Shown here: positions 8,998-18,129 of the stretch, in pieces
Numbering within the stretch: position 1 is the first letter of the stretch
Layout: each line of letters starts with the position of its first letter
Source of the DNA: Angustibacter luteus
GTDB lineage: Bacteria > Actinomycetota > Actinomycetes > Actinomycetales > Angustibacteraceae
Assembly: GCF_039541115.1 (NCBI RefSeq)
Contig: NZ_BAABFP010000002.1
Location: 620,001 to 684,000 of the forward strand
Direction: 5' to 3'
DNA: 64,000 bases
Made by a program: the position numbers and the translations under genes
Notes under the pieces: generated by a model
Told to the model about the DNA's origin: nothing
What the model saw: the letters and a program-made list of their open reading frames with translations, nothing else
The model's database searches: none

Positions 8998-10027
8998 CGG
9001 CGCGCTGACTCCCGCGGAGCTGTCCGTCCGGGCCCTACCCGGGCTGCCCGAGATCGCTGCCGGGGACGACCTGGCCGGCCTGCTGCTCGCTGCCGCCGGT
9101 GACCTGGCCGACGGGGACGTGCTGGTGGTGTCGTCGAAGATCGTCTCGAAGGCCCTCGGGCTGGTGGCCGACGCCGCGGACCGCGAGGACGTCGTCCGGG
9201 CGCAGTCGGTGCGGGTGGTGGCCGGACGGCGGACCCCGCGCGGGTTCGCCCAGGTGGTCGAGTCCGTTGCGGGTCCGGTGATGGCGGCCGCCGGGGTGGA
9301 CGCGTCGAACACCGCGCCGGGCACCGTGCTGCTGCTGCCCGCCGACGCCGACGGCGAGGCCCGGCGGCTGCGGCGCGCGCTGCGGGCCGCCGGGGCGCCG
9401 CGGATCGCCGTCGTGGTCAGCGACACCGCCGGCCGGGCCTGGCGCACGGGCCAGACCGACTTCGCCCTCGGCGCCGCCGGCCTGGTGGTGGTGGACGACC
9501 TGCGCGGCAGCCTCGACGCCGGTGGCCAACCGCTGGAGGTCACCGAGCGGGCCGTCGCGGACGAGGTCGCCGCCGCCGCCGACCTGGTCAAGGGCAAGGC
9601 GTCCGGGGTCCCGGCGGCCGTCGTCCGCGGGTTGGCGGCCTTCGTCACGGACGACGAGGGGCCGGGCGCCTCGATCCTGTTGCGGGACAGCGGGTCGGAC
9701 TGGTTCCGCTACGGCCACGTCGAGGCCGTGCAGGCCGCGCTGGGGGTGCCGCCCGGGTCGGTCGAGCCGCCGTCGGTGCTGCCCGAACCGTTGTCGCACC
9801 GGGTGCGGCGTGCCGTGCAGGTCGCGCTGGTCGGCGGTTTCCGGGTGCAGGTGGACGTCGCCGCGGACGGCGCAGGGTGCACCCTGCACGGGGACGCCTT
9901 CGCCTGCGGCGCAGTCGGTCAGCGCCTGCTGGTCGCGCTGTGGGCTGAGGACCTGCGCGGCGAGCTCGCGGCCGACGGGTACCGCGACGGTCGTCTCGAG
10001 GCGACCGTCGTCACGGCGCCGGGCTGA
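8984..10027 (+). CDS. cofE: Coenzyme F420-0:L-glutamate ligase (CofE/FbiB) with a short divergent C-terminal region
   Basis: LPGLPEI..GDDLA, VVSSKIVSKA, AAAGVDASN, SDTAGRAWRTGQTD, ADEVAAAADLVKGK; GTG at 8984 overlaps the cofD end. Confidence 0.92.
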   Translation: MPARDGALTPAELSVRALPGLPEIAAGDDLAGLLLAAAGDLADGDVLVVSSKIVSKALGLVADAADREDVVRAQSVRVVAGRRTPRGFAQVVESVAGPVMAAAGVDASNTAPGTVLLLPADADGEARRLRRALRAAGAPRIAVVVSDTAGRAWRTGQTDFALGAAGLVVVDDLRGSLDAGGQPLEVTERAVADEVAAAADLVKGKASGVPAAVVRGLAAFVTDDEGPGASILLRDSGSDWFRYGHVEAVQAALGVPPGSVEPPSVLPEPLSHRVRRAVQVALVGGFRVQVDVAADGAGCTLHGDAFACGAVGQRLLVALWAEDLRGELAADGYRDGRLEATVVTAPG

Positions 10028-11114
10028 CCGCGCGTCCGGCCATCACCAGGTCCGCCACCCGCTGCGCAGCGAGGCCGTCCTCGTGCGCGCAGTACCGCTC
10101 GCGGAATCGCGCGTACGGCTCGGACCACCTGTGCCGCAGCAGGTCCAGGTCGCCCAGGGCCGTGAGCACCTCCGCACTGGTGCGCAGCATCGGGCCGGGC
10201 GCGTCCGGTCGCGGGTCGAAGTAGAAGCCGCGGACCTCATCGCGGTAGTGCTCCAGGTCGTAGGTGAAGAACACGATGGGCCGACCGGTCACGGCGAAGT
10301 CGAACATGACCGAGGAGTAGTCCGTGACCAGCGCGTCGGCCGCCAGGTACAGGTCGCTGACCTGCGGGTGGAACGACACGTCGCGCACGTCGGGGTCGTC
10401 CGCCGGCACGATCCCGGCCAGGCGGCCCGACACGAACGGGTGCAGCCGGACCAGCAGCACCGCGTCCCCGGCCAGGCGCCGGCGGAAGGCGTCGAGGTCG
10501 AGCTGGAACGCGAAGTCGAAGTCGCCGTCACTGCCGACCTGGTCGTCGCGCCACGTCGGCGCGTAGAGCACCGCAGTCCGGTCGTCCCCGAGACCGAGCT
10601 GACCGCGCACCCGCGCCCGGACCTCGTCAGCCTGCGGCCCGACCAGGACGTCGTTGCGCGGCGACCCGGTCGTCAGCACCTGGCCGCCGAACCGGAAGGC
10701 ACCGGCCAGCAGCTCGCTGCTCGCCTCGTTGGGGTTGGTCAGCACGTCCCAGAGCGCGACGTCCCGGTCGAACTGCTCGATCAGCCGACGCAGCGGCGGC
10801 GAGGGGTGCTCGATGTCGGCGTGCACCCGCTTCAGCGGCGTGCCGTGCCAGGTCTGCAGGTACCGGCAGCCGGCCGCCTTCGTCCACGGGGTGGTGATGT
10901 GGTGGTTCGAGATCACCGCATCGGCCTCCCCGAGCGCCGCGCTCGCCTCGTCGCTGCCGGTCAGGACGGTGCGCACGTCAGCCGGGAACCCGTCCGCGTG
11001 GGCCGGGTCGAGGATCCAGGTGTGGGTGAGCCCGGGGCGCGTCCTGAGCTGCTCGTAGACGGCCAGCGGGTTGTCGCTGAACCGACCGTTGAACGAGCAG
11101 TAGACGACGCGCAC
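10011..11114 (-). CDS. CDP-glycerol glycerophosphotransferase (TagB/TagF family)
   Basis: FSDNP, YLQTWHGTPLKR, GSPRND, LYAPTWRD, VTDYSSVMFDF. Confidence 0.93.
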   Translation of the reverse strand: MRVVYCSFNGRFSDNPLAVYEQLRTRPGLTHTWILDPAHADGFPADVRTVLTGSDEASAALGEADAVISNHHITTPWTKAAGCRYLQTWHGTPLKRVHADIEHPSPPLRRLIEQFDRDVALWDVLTNPNEASSELLAGAFRFGGQVLTTGSPRNDVLVGPQADEVRARVRGQLGLGDDRTAVLYAPTWRDDQVGSDGDFDFAFQLDLDAFRRRLAGDAVLLVRLHPFVSGRLAGIVPADDPDVRDVSFHPQVSDLYLAADALVTDYSSVMFDFAVTGRPIVFFTYDLEHYRDEVRGFYFDPRPDAPGPMLRTSAEVLTALGDLDLLRHRWSEPYARFRERYCAHEDGLAAQRVADLVMAGRAVSPAP

Positions 11115-11153
11115 CAGCGCATCCTGGCAGCCCCGCCGCGCTTCGTCCTGCCG

Positions 11154-12077
11154 TCAGCGCACGGGCAGGTGGAAGCGCGGGGTGGGCCGGGGGGCCCGGC
11201 GGCCCCGGCGCGGCGCCTCGAGCTGCAGCAGGCGCTGCACCCGGTAGCGGTGCGGGCGGTAGGGCTCCAGGAGCTCGGCCAGCCCGTCGTCGTCCACCCG
11301 GTTGCCGGTGAGCGCCAGCCCGATCTCGCCGGGCACGTGGAAGTCGCCGAAGCTCACCGCGTCGGCGTCGCCGTGCGCACGCTGGCGGACCTCGGCCGCC
11401 GTCCAGACACCGACTCCCGGGACGGCGCGCAGCCGTCGTTCAGCATCCGCGGTGGACAGGTCCAGCGTCTGCTCGAGCCGGCCGGCCACCCGGGCGGCGC
11501 GCACCACCGTGGCCGACCGCGCGCCGTCCACGCCCGCCTGCAGCCACGCCCAGGACGGCACCGCGGCCCACTGCGCCGCCGACGGCGGCACCCTCATGCC
11601 TGCCTCCCCCGCCGGCCCGGGCGCGACCTCGCCGAACCGCAGCAGCATCCGCCGCCAGCCCGCGAAGGCCTCCTGGCCCGTCACCTTCTGCTCGAACGCG
11701 GCAGGCGCGAGGGCCTCCATCACGAGTCGGGTGCGCGGCACCCGCCAGCCTGGGCGCCGTCGCAGGGCCTGGACCAGCACGTCGTGCTGCGGCTCGAACC
11801 CCCTCGCGTCGTCGCTGGCACCGAGCAGGTCGGGCACGCCGTCCACTGCCCAGCCGGCCCCCGCCCCCCAGGCGTGGGCCTCGACGTCCCCCGCACGCAC
11901 CCGCAGGTGCAACGTCGCCGCACCCTGCGGCGTGCGGCAGACGCGCCACAGTTGGCCGTCCGCCGTGAGCCGGTGGCTCGGGTCCGCGCCCCCGCGGACC
12001 AGGACGCTCAGCGTGGCCAGCAGGTCGACCGGTCGACCCGGCCGCCAGGTGCTCTCGACGTCCGGTGCGCTGACCAC
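11154..12077 (-). CDS. AlkA-family (HhH-GPD) 3-methyladenine DNA glycosylase
   Basis: EQKVTG, LRAVPGVGVWTA (HhH), GDADAVSFGDFH, LLEPYRPHRYRV. Confidence 0.88.
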   Translation of the reverse strand: MVSAPDVESTWRPGRPVDLLATLSVLVRGGADPSHRLTADGQLWRVCRTPQGAATLHLRVRAGDVEAHAWGAGAGWAVDGVPDLLGASDDARGFEPQHDVLVQALRRRPGWRVPRTRLVMEALAPAAFEQKVTGQEAFAGWRRMLLRFGEVAPGPAGEAGMRVPPSAAQWAAVPSWAWLQAGVDGARSATVVRAARVAGRLEQTLDLSTADAERRLRAVPGVGVWTAAEVRQRAHGDADAVSFGDFHVPGEIGLALTGNRVDDDGLAELLEPYRPHRYRVQRLLQLEAPRRGRRAPRPTPRFHLPVR

Positions 12078-12083
12078 GGCAAG

Positions 12084-12105
12084 AGTGTCCCACCCGTGAC
12101 CGACA
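12084..12105 (-). promoter_or_regulatory. PafBC/RecA-NDp-type DNA-damage promoter candidate (leaderless)
   Basis: Minus strand TGTCGG-N10-GACACT-6 nt-GTG start of the alkA-like gene. Confidence 0.65.
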
Positions 12106-12224
12106 GCGTCCCCCGCACTCAGGTCCGCCGTTTAGAATGGTCGCCGAATCACGAGCCGGTGCGCACCGCCCACCGCTCCACCGGTGCGGCGCCCTTCGTC
12201 GCGCCCCGACCCGCGAGGACGAAC

Positions 12225-12962
12225 GTGGCTGCCAAGAAGGCCGACCAGGACCGCAAGGCACGCATCGCCCAGATGCAGCGCGAGGCGAAGGCAGCAGAGC
12301 GTCGTCGCTCGCTGATCATCGTCGGGGTGGCCGTGGTCGCCGTCCTGGCGATCGCCGGGGCCGTCACGTTCTCGATCGTCACCGACGACTCGCGGGTGCC
12401 CGGCGGCGAGCTCAAGTCGCTCGGCGTCTCGGCGTCCGCGGCGTCCTGCAACGCGATCACCGACGACCCCACCACGGGCAGCGGCAGCCACGTCGGCCCG
12501 GGCACCGACAAGCCCGACGTGACCAGCGTGAAGTACGCGACGGTGCCGCCGACGTCGGGCGAGCACTTCGTCACCCCGGAGTACCCGGCGCGGCAGTTCT
12601 ACACGGCCGACGACCGGCCGGCGATGGAGACGCTCGTGCACAACCTCGAGCACGGCTACACGATCCTCTGGTACGACGACACGGTGAGCGAGAAGCAGGT
12701 CTCGGACCTCAAGGCCATCAGCCGCGAGGCGAACGACCAGCCGCAGGCGCAGCAGAAGTTCATCGTCAGCGCCTGGGACCCGGCCTACGGCGCCTTCCCG
12801 TCGGGCAAGCACTTCGGCCTGTCGCACTGGTCCGCGGACGCCAAGGACAACACCAAGCAGACCGGCCACCGCCAGCTGTGCGGCAACGTGTCCGGCGAGG
12901 TGGTCGCGACGTTCATCGACGCCCACCCGCGCACCGAGGCTCCGGAGCCGAACGCGCAGTGA
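12225..12962 (+). CDS. DUF3105 domain membrane-anchored protein
   Basis: GAGGA SD before GTG; basic N-terminus and TM helix; PPTSGEH, LVHNLEHGY, IVSAW motifs. Confidence 0.88.
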   Translation: MAAKKADQDRKARIAQMQREAKAAERRRSLIIVGVAVVAVLAIAGAVTFSIVTDDSRVPGGELKSLGVSASAASCNAITDDPTTGSGSHVGPGTDKPDVTSVKYATVPPTSGEHFVTPEYPARQFYTADDRPAMETLVHNLEHGYTILWYDDTVSEKQVSDLKAISREANDQPQAQQKFIVSAWDPAYGAFPSGKHFGLSHWSADAKDNTKQTGHRQLCGNVSGEVVATFIDAHPRTEAPEPNAQ

Positions 12963-13471
12963 CGTCGTCCGGCGACGTCATCCTGCGGGAGGCGACCGAG
13001 GCGGACTGGCCGGCGATCTGGCCCTTCGTCGCCGCCGTCGTCGCCGACGGTGAGACCTACGCCTACCCGCTCGACCTGACGTCGGAAGAGGCGCGCGGGT
13101 GGTGGCTGGAGTCCCCGCCGGGGCGCTGCGTGGTCGCCGTCGACGGGTCCGGCGCGGTGCTCGGGTCAGCCAAGATGGGGCCGAACCGGCCCGGTCGCGG
13201 CGCGCACATCGGGACGGCGAGCTTCATGGTGGACGCCGCCGCGCGCGGTCGCGGCGTGGGTCGGGCGCTGGCGGTGGACGCCGTGGAGTGGTTGCGGGAC
13301 AGTGGCTTTCGGGGGATCCAGTTCAACGCGGTGGTCTCGACGAACGTGCCGGCCGTGCGCCTGTGGCAGTCGTTGGGGTTCTCGATCATCGGCACCGTGC
13401 CGGAGGCGTTCGACTCGCGCACGCACGGGCTCGTCGGCCTGCACGTGATGTACCTCGACCTCAGCAGCTGA
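12959..13471 (+). CDS. GNAT family N-acetyltransferase
   Basis: GTGA overlap with the DUF3105 stop; DWPAIW, GETYAY, ARGRGVGRAL, QFNAVVSTN, WQSLGF. Confidence 0.9.
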   Translation: MTSSGDVILREATEADWPAIWPFVAAVVADGETYAYPLDLTSEEARGWWLESPPGRCVVAVDGSGAVLGSAKMGPNRPGRGAHIGTASFMVDAAARGRGVGRALAVDAVEWLRDSGFRGIQFNAVVSTNVPAVRLWQSLGFSIIGTVPEAFDSRTHGLVGLHVMYLDLSS

Positions 13472-13489
13472 ACGCGGTCATCCGGCGGG

Positions 13490-13498
13490 TTGTCCACA
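13490..13498 (+). promoter_or_regulatory. DnaA-box-like 9-mer
   Basis: TTGTCCACA matches the actinobacterial DnaA box TT(A/G)TCCACA; single copy. Confidence 0.45.
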
Positions 13499-13521
13499 GA
13501 TCCGTTGCGGCACAGTCGCTC

Positions 13522-13543
13522 TGTCGGTGGCCACCGCTAGGGT
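13522..13543 (+). promoter_or_regulatory. PafBC/RecA-NDp-type DNA-damage promoter (leaderless)
   Basis: TGTCGG-N10-TAGGGT-6 nt-ATG(13550); exact match to TGTCGG-N10-TA-N3-T. Confidence 0.8.
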
Positions 13544-13549
13544 TGACGC

Positions 13550-14941
13550 ATGACAGCAGGTCCGCGTGCACCGATCAGCGAGGCGTCCAGCGCCCTCGCG
13601 CAGGTCGTCGCGGGGCTGGAGCGGCTCGCCGCGGTGCCGGGGTGGCAGGCCGGCGAGGGTGAGCTGAGCGAGGCGCTGGCCGGCCTGGACCAGGTGGGAC
13701 GGTTGGCGCAGGCGCAGTCCACCCGGCTCCTGGCCGAGGTGTCCTCGCGCGGTCTTCCCGGTCAGCAGGGCCATGCGCGCCTCGAGCACTGGCTGCGCGC
13801 TCAGGTGCCGACGACCAGCCCTCGCGCGGCATCGGCCCTGGCCCGTCGGGCGGAGCGGCTGTACACGAGTGCGGTCGCCGCCGAGCTGGCGCCGACTCGC
13901 GAGGCCATGCTGTCCGCGCGGATCACTCCCGACCAGGTCGACGTCGTGTCGACCACCATCGAGGCGCTGAGCCCGCCCAGCTGCCCGGCTGAGGTGGTGG
14001 ACGCCGACACGCTGGCCGAGGCGCAGCAGGTGCTGCTGGAGCAGGCGGGGTCGTTCGACGCGCCGCGGCTGCGCACCATCGCCGGGTACCTGCGCGACCG
14101 GCTGGACCCAAACGCCGACCAGCGGCTGGCTCGGGACGAGGACGCTCGGCTGCGCGCTCGAACCTTCGCCGTCGGGACAGATCCGTCCGGCATGGTGCAC
14201 GTCGCGGGCGCGCTCACCCCCGAGGCCGGTGCGGCCCTGTCCACCGCTCTGGATGCGTGGTCGGCGCCGAGGGCCGCCGCCGACGGCACGCCGGACTCAC
14301 GCACACCGGGCCAGCGCCGACACGACGCCCTGCAGCACCTCGCCGAGTCAGCGGTGGCCGACCCGACCCTGCTGCCCACGACGCGCGGCAGTCCGTACCG
14401 GATCGCCGTCCAGGTGCCGTTCCAGACCTTCGCCCACGCGCTCGGGGGCGGGCTCGAGCCGGGTGACGCGCCGGCCACGCTGGTCGACCGGACGGCGCTC
14501 TCGTCCGTCGCGACGCAGCTGATCGCGTGCGCGGCCGAGGTGCTGCCGGTGCTGATCGACGACCTCGGCAACCCGCTCGACGTCGGCGACGCCCAGTACT
14601 CGTTCACCCCGAAGCAGCGAGCCGCGGTCTCCCTACGGGACGGCGGCTGCACCTGGCCCGGGTGCGGGGCTCCCCCAGCGTGGTGTCACGTCCACCACCT
14701 GGTGCCGTTCGGCCGGGGCGGGCCGACGTCGGTCGCGAACGCCGGCCTGCTCTGCGGCCGGCACCATCGCCACGCCCACGCGATCGGGGCAGTGGCGACC
14801 CTGCGCGACGGTCAGGTGGTCTGGGACCTCGCTCGACCACCCGATCCACCGGGAGCCCAGCTCACGACCCAGCCACCTCCCAAGGCGACGAAGGTCATCG
14901 ACGCCTTGGTCCGGCGATGGCGCACGCGCCAGGAACAGTGA
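13550..14941 (+). CDS. DUF222 (13E12-repeat-like) protein with C-terminal HNH endonuclease
   Basis: DSRTPGQRRHDAL, RDGGCTWPGC, WCHVHHLVP, GGPTSVANAGLLCGRHH. Confidence 0.93.
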   Translation: MTAGPRAPISEASSALAQVVAGLERLAAVPGWQAGEGELSEALAGLDQVGRLAQAQSTRLLAEVSSRGLPGQQGHARLEHWLRAQVPTTSPRAASALARRAERLYTSAVAAELAPTREAMLSARITPDQVDVVSTTIEALSPPSCPAEVVDADTLAEAQQVLLEQAGSFDAPRLRTIAGYLRDRLDPNADQRLARDEDARLRARTFAVGTDPSGMVHVAGALTPEAGAALSTALDAWSAPRAAADGTPDSRTPGQRRHDALQHLAESAVADPTLLPTTRGSPYRIAVQVPFQTFAHALGGGLEPGDAPATLVDRTALSSVATQLIACAAEVLPVLIDDLGNPLDVGDAQYSFTPKQRAAVSLRDGGCTWPGCGAPPAWCHVHHLVPFGRGGPTSVANAGLLCGRHHRHAHAIGAVATLRDGQVVWDLARPPDPPGAQLTTQPPPKATKVIDALVRRWRTRQEQ

Positions 14942-14987
14942 GGTTCTACCGGGATCACGGGTCTCGCCGACGTATTCGCCTTGACGG

Positions 14988-15512
14988 GTGCTGGATGCTC
15001 GGAGCGTGGACGAGAGCGGAGCTGCCGAGCCGTGCCTCCCGACGTGGACGGTGGGGCTGCTGGCCGACTTCCCCGCCTCGATGCGAGCAGTGGCAGACAT
15101 GCGCTGGCAGGAATGGGGGCACCCGCCTGAGTCGGAGGATCCAGCCTGGTGGCTCGAGACCACGATCCGTGAAGCCGGGCGCACGGATCTGCCGGTGACC
15201 CTCGTTGCCCATGATGCGGCAGGCGCGGTCCTGGGAGCGGTCGGCCTGGATGTCTACGACCTCGACGAGAGGCGAGAGACCAGTCCGTGGGTGACCGGCA
15301 TGATCGTCCGGCGAGATCACCGCGGTGAGGGTGTCGGCAGAGCTTTGATGGACTCCCTGGAGCGCTGGGCTGCCGACCACCACATCGCCGAAGCCTGGGT
15401 CGGCACCGACCTGGCCCAGGGCTTCTACGAGCAGTGCGGATGGAACCTGATCGAGGTGTTCACGGACTCCACCGGCCAGGACATGGCCGTCCTCCATCGG
15501 CGGCTTCGGTAG
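14988..15512 (+). CDS. GNAT family N-acetyltransferase (start uncertain)
   Basis: SPWVTGMIVRRDHRGEGVGRALM, AQGFYEQCGW. Confidence 0.85.
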   Translation: MLDARSVDESGAAEPCLPTWTVGLLADFPASMRAVADMRWQEWGHPPESEDPAWWLETTIREAGRTDLPVTLVAHDAAGAVLGAVGLDVYDLDERRETSPWVTGMIVRRDHRGEGVGRALMDSLERWAADHHIAEAWVGTDLAQGFYEQCGWNLIEVFTDSTGQDMAVLHRRLR

Positions 15513-15554
15513 CTGTCTCAGCGACCCTGCGGTCCCGGTGTCGTCTCGCTGGGG

Positions 15555-16202
15555 TCAACCCACGTTCGTGATGAGCAGGCCGTCAACAGCCCGCATGCCA
15601 TCGAGGACCTGTTGCGTGTCCGTGTCCTGCATGACCTTCCAGTCGTGCTCCGTCACAGCGACGAATTGCAGGAACTGCACGAGGCCGTTGGGAGTGCTGA
15701 TCCGCCTGAGGGTCGGATCCTCCACGAGCGCGATGACGGTGAGCGGCGTGTCCGGGCCGCCAGTATCGGGATGTCCGGTGACCGGACCCCCAAGCGGGAG
15801 CCGGACGTGCGGGTCCAGCAGCAACGGCTTCTCGCTCGCCCACTGAGCGATCCTCTGCAGGATCGTGAAGGGCCAGGCCGGGGCCGCGCCCGGCTCGGCG
15901 CTGTCGTCTCGGACACGCCAGGTGAGCTCGTAGCCCCAGCCACTGAGCCCTTCGTTATCGCCTTCGTCATCGTCGAAGATGTTGCTCAGGCCATAGGTCA
16001 CGTAGTGCCAGTAGTCGTCTACCCGATAGGCGCTGCACCCCTGGAGGGCGCTTCCAAAGTCCCGGCCCGGGAAGTAGCCCACGTGCTTGGGGACCTGGTC
16101 GCCGTACAGGCCGCGGCAGGCTGCATCGACAGCATCCCATCCGCGCGTCGATGGCTCGACGACGTCGCCGGTCGGATCAGGGTCCCGCTGACGCCGAAAC
16201 AT
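15555..16202 (-). CDS. Suppressor-of-fused (SUFU) domain protein, probable orphan immunity-type protein
   Basis: GWDAVDAAC..LYGDQ, WHYVTYGLS, SGWGYELTWR, STPNGLVQFLQFVAVT; TAGCCT -10 lies 6 nt before the ATG. Confidence 0.88.
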   Translation of the reverse strand: MFRRQRDPDPTGDVVEPSTRGWDAVDAACRGLYGDQVPKHVGYFPGRDFGSALQGCSAYRVDDYWHYVTYGLSNIFDDDEGDNEGLSGWGYELTWRVRDDSAEPGAAPAWPFTILQRIAQWASEKPLLLDPHVRLPLGGPVTGHPDTGGPDTPLTVIALVEDPTLRRISTPNGLVQFLQFVAVTEHDWKVMQDTDTQQVLDGMRAVDGLLITNVG

Positions 16203-16279
16203 GGGGTGAGGCTACGGCAGCCTGAGGTAGAGAACGGGCCGGCAGGTCCGACATTCGCTTGGGACTGCGTGCCGTTACT

Positions 16280-16297
16280 CCACTAGGCGCGTAGTGG
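16280..16297. terminator. Small hairpin downstream of the methyltransferase
   Basis: CCACTA-ggcgcg-TAGTGG inverted repeat. Confidence 0.3.
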
Positions 16298-16337
16298 CGT
16301 TGCGCCGCGACACTCACGAGGGTCGGCCGGCGGGTGG

Positions 16338-17153
16338 TCAGACGGGGCGCGGGGGGACGCGCAGGGCCGGGCCGCGCGCGGTCAGCGGCGACGGCGACGC
16401 GACCCACAGGTACGTCGGCAGCAGCGGCAGCATGGCGGCCAACGCCTTCTCGGGCAGGCGAGTCACCGGCCCGGGCACCTGGCCGTCGTCCGCGAACTCG
16501 TCCGGCGCCGCGAGCACCGGCAGCGTGTAGTCGAGCACCGACCAGTCGGCCATCATCGTCCGCAGGCCCGGCCGGGTGCGGTACTGCTCGTAGTAGTGGT
16601 CGGCCCGCCCGAACGCGCGCACGTACCGGTCGGCGGCCCCCTGCGGCAGGTACGACAGGAACGGCAGCCTGTAGTGCGGTTCGATGATGCCGAGCCGGTT
16701 GCCCAGCCCCAGGTACAGCACGCCGTCCGGCTTCAGTACCCGCCGCACGTCGGCCAGCACGGCGTCCGGGTCCACCACGTGCTCGTAGATGTGGTTGAAC
16801 ACGGCGACGTCCACCGACTGATCGGCCAGCGGCAACGCCTCCCCCGCCGCGCAGACGAACCGCACCCGCTCGCCGAACCGCGCCTGCGCGACCGTGAGCC
16901 CGGGCACGTCGATGTCGACCCCGTACGTCGTCGCGGCACCGGCGCCGGCCAGCTCGTCCGCGATGAAGCCCTGCGAGCAGCCCACGTCGACGACGCTCAG
17001 CCCGGTCAGCCCCTGCGACTCGGTGCGCCCCAGCACGTGCCGCAGCACCGCCAGGATCTTGGCGGCCTTGCGACGGCGCTTCTCCTCGTCGCGCATCGCC
17101 GCCATCTGCTCGGAGTAGGCGAGCTGGGCGGAGCGCTGTGGGGTCCTCGGCAC
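16338..17153 (-). CDS. Class I SAM-dependent methyltransferase
   Basis: VVDVGCSQG motif I, GVDID, NHIYEHV, RVLKPDG; TAGGCT-7 nt-GTG supports a start at 17153. Confidence 0.9.
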   Translation of the reverse strand: MPRTPQRSAQLAYSEQMAAMRDEEKRRRKAAKILAVLRHVLGRTESQGLTGLSVVDVGCSQGFIADELAGAGAATTYGVDIDVPGLTVAQARFGERVRFVCAAGEALPLADQSVDVAVFNHIYEHVVDPDAVLADVRRVLKPDGVLYLGLGNRLGIIEPHYRLPFLSYLPQGAADRYVRAFGRADHYYEQYRTRPGLRTMMADWSVLDYTLPVLAAPDEFADDGQVPGPVTRLPEKALAAMLPLLPTYLWVASPSPLTARGPALRVPPRPV

Positions 17154-17163
17154 GGTCGTCAGC

Positions 17164-18129
17164 CTAGGGCGCGGGAGGGGGCGGCTGGTCACCGGCGGCA
17201 GCGTCGCGCCGCGCCTTCATGAGGTGGTGGCTGCGGTCGTAGAGCCAGCCGACGGCCGCCGCGACGACGTCCGAGCCGGTGATGATGAACCGCGACAGCA
17301 GGACGACGGCACCGGCGGCGGACTTGTTCAGCGGCCCCGTCAGCAGCAGCACCAGCACCGCCTCGCGCAGGCCGATCCCGGCGGGCAGCAGCACGACGAC
17401 CATGCCGATCGCAGCGGCGAGGGCGTAGCCGAACACGGCCGGCACGATGGACTGCCCGGGTGAGCCGCCCAGGTCCACGACCAGGGTGAACACGTGCAGG
17501 CCCAGGCAGAGCCACGCCGCCAGGAACGCGGCCATCGTCACCGTGATCGCCTTGCCGGACAACGGGTGCTCGAGCTCGGGACGACGGAACCGGCGCAGCA
17601 CCCGGGCGATGATCGCGTTCAGCACCCGGGGGTGCAGCACGGCCAACCCGAGCGGCACGACGAGCAGGACCAGCAGGTAGCTGGAGTCCCCGCCCGACGA
17701 CAGCAGGGCGGGCAGCGCGATGATGCCGATCCCTAGCCCTGCCAGCGCACTCAGCACCACCGAGAGCAGCCCGGCCACCGCCGTCCGCTGCCGCGGGACA
17801 CCCAACGCGCTGGCCACCTCGGCCTGCACCACCACGGTCCACACGCTGCCCGGCACGTACTTGCCCAGCTGACCGATGAACAGCACCCCGGACGCCGGGC
17901 CCAGCGGCAGCGGCGAGCCGAGGTCCGCCATCAGCGCCCGCCAACCGATCAGCGTGAACACCAACGACAGCAACGCCAACGCGGACGAGAGGGCGAGCGC
18001 CCCGGCCGAGACGCGCGCGATGTCCGCGCTCACCGCGTCCCAGTTCCGGACGACCGCGACCACCACGGCCGCCAGCACGAGCAGACCCACCACGACCCGT
18101 ACCACCACCAGCCAGCGACCCCGCGTCAC
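17164..18129 (-). CDS. Lysylphosphatidylglycerol-synthase TM domain / UPF0104 flippase-like membrane protein
   Basis: GQLGKYVPGSVW, PAGIGLREA, multiple TM helices; GTGA overlap with the GT4 stop. Confidence 0.85.
   Translation of the reverse strand: MTRGRWLVVVRVVVGLLVLAAVVVAVVRNWDAVSADIARVSAGALALSSALALLSLVFTLIGWRALMADLGSPLPLGPASGVLFIGQLGKYVPGSVWTVVVQAEVASALGVPRQRTAVAGLLSVVLSALAGLGIGIIALPALLSSGGDSSYLLVLLVVPLGLAVLHPRVLNAIIARVLRRFRRPELEHPLSGKAITVTMAAFLAAWLCLGLHVFTLVVDLGGSPGQSIVPAVFGYALAAAIGMVVVLLPAGIGLREAVLVLLLTGPLNKSAAGAVVLLSRFIITGSDVVAAAVGWLYDRSHHLMKARRDAAAGDQPPPPAP

Noticed and set aside
13490..13498. Replication origin
   Set aside because: A single DnaA box, with no cluster, AT-rich unwinding element or dnaA/dnaN.
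13550..16337. IS element, integron cassette or prophage
   Set aside because: No transposase or integrase motifs, terminal inverted repeats, target duplications or convincing attC sites seen.
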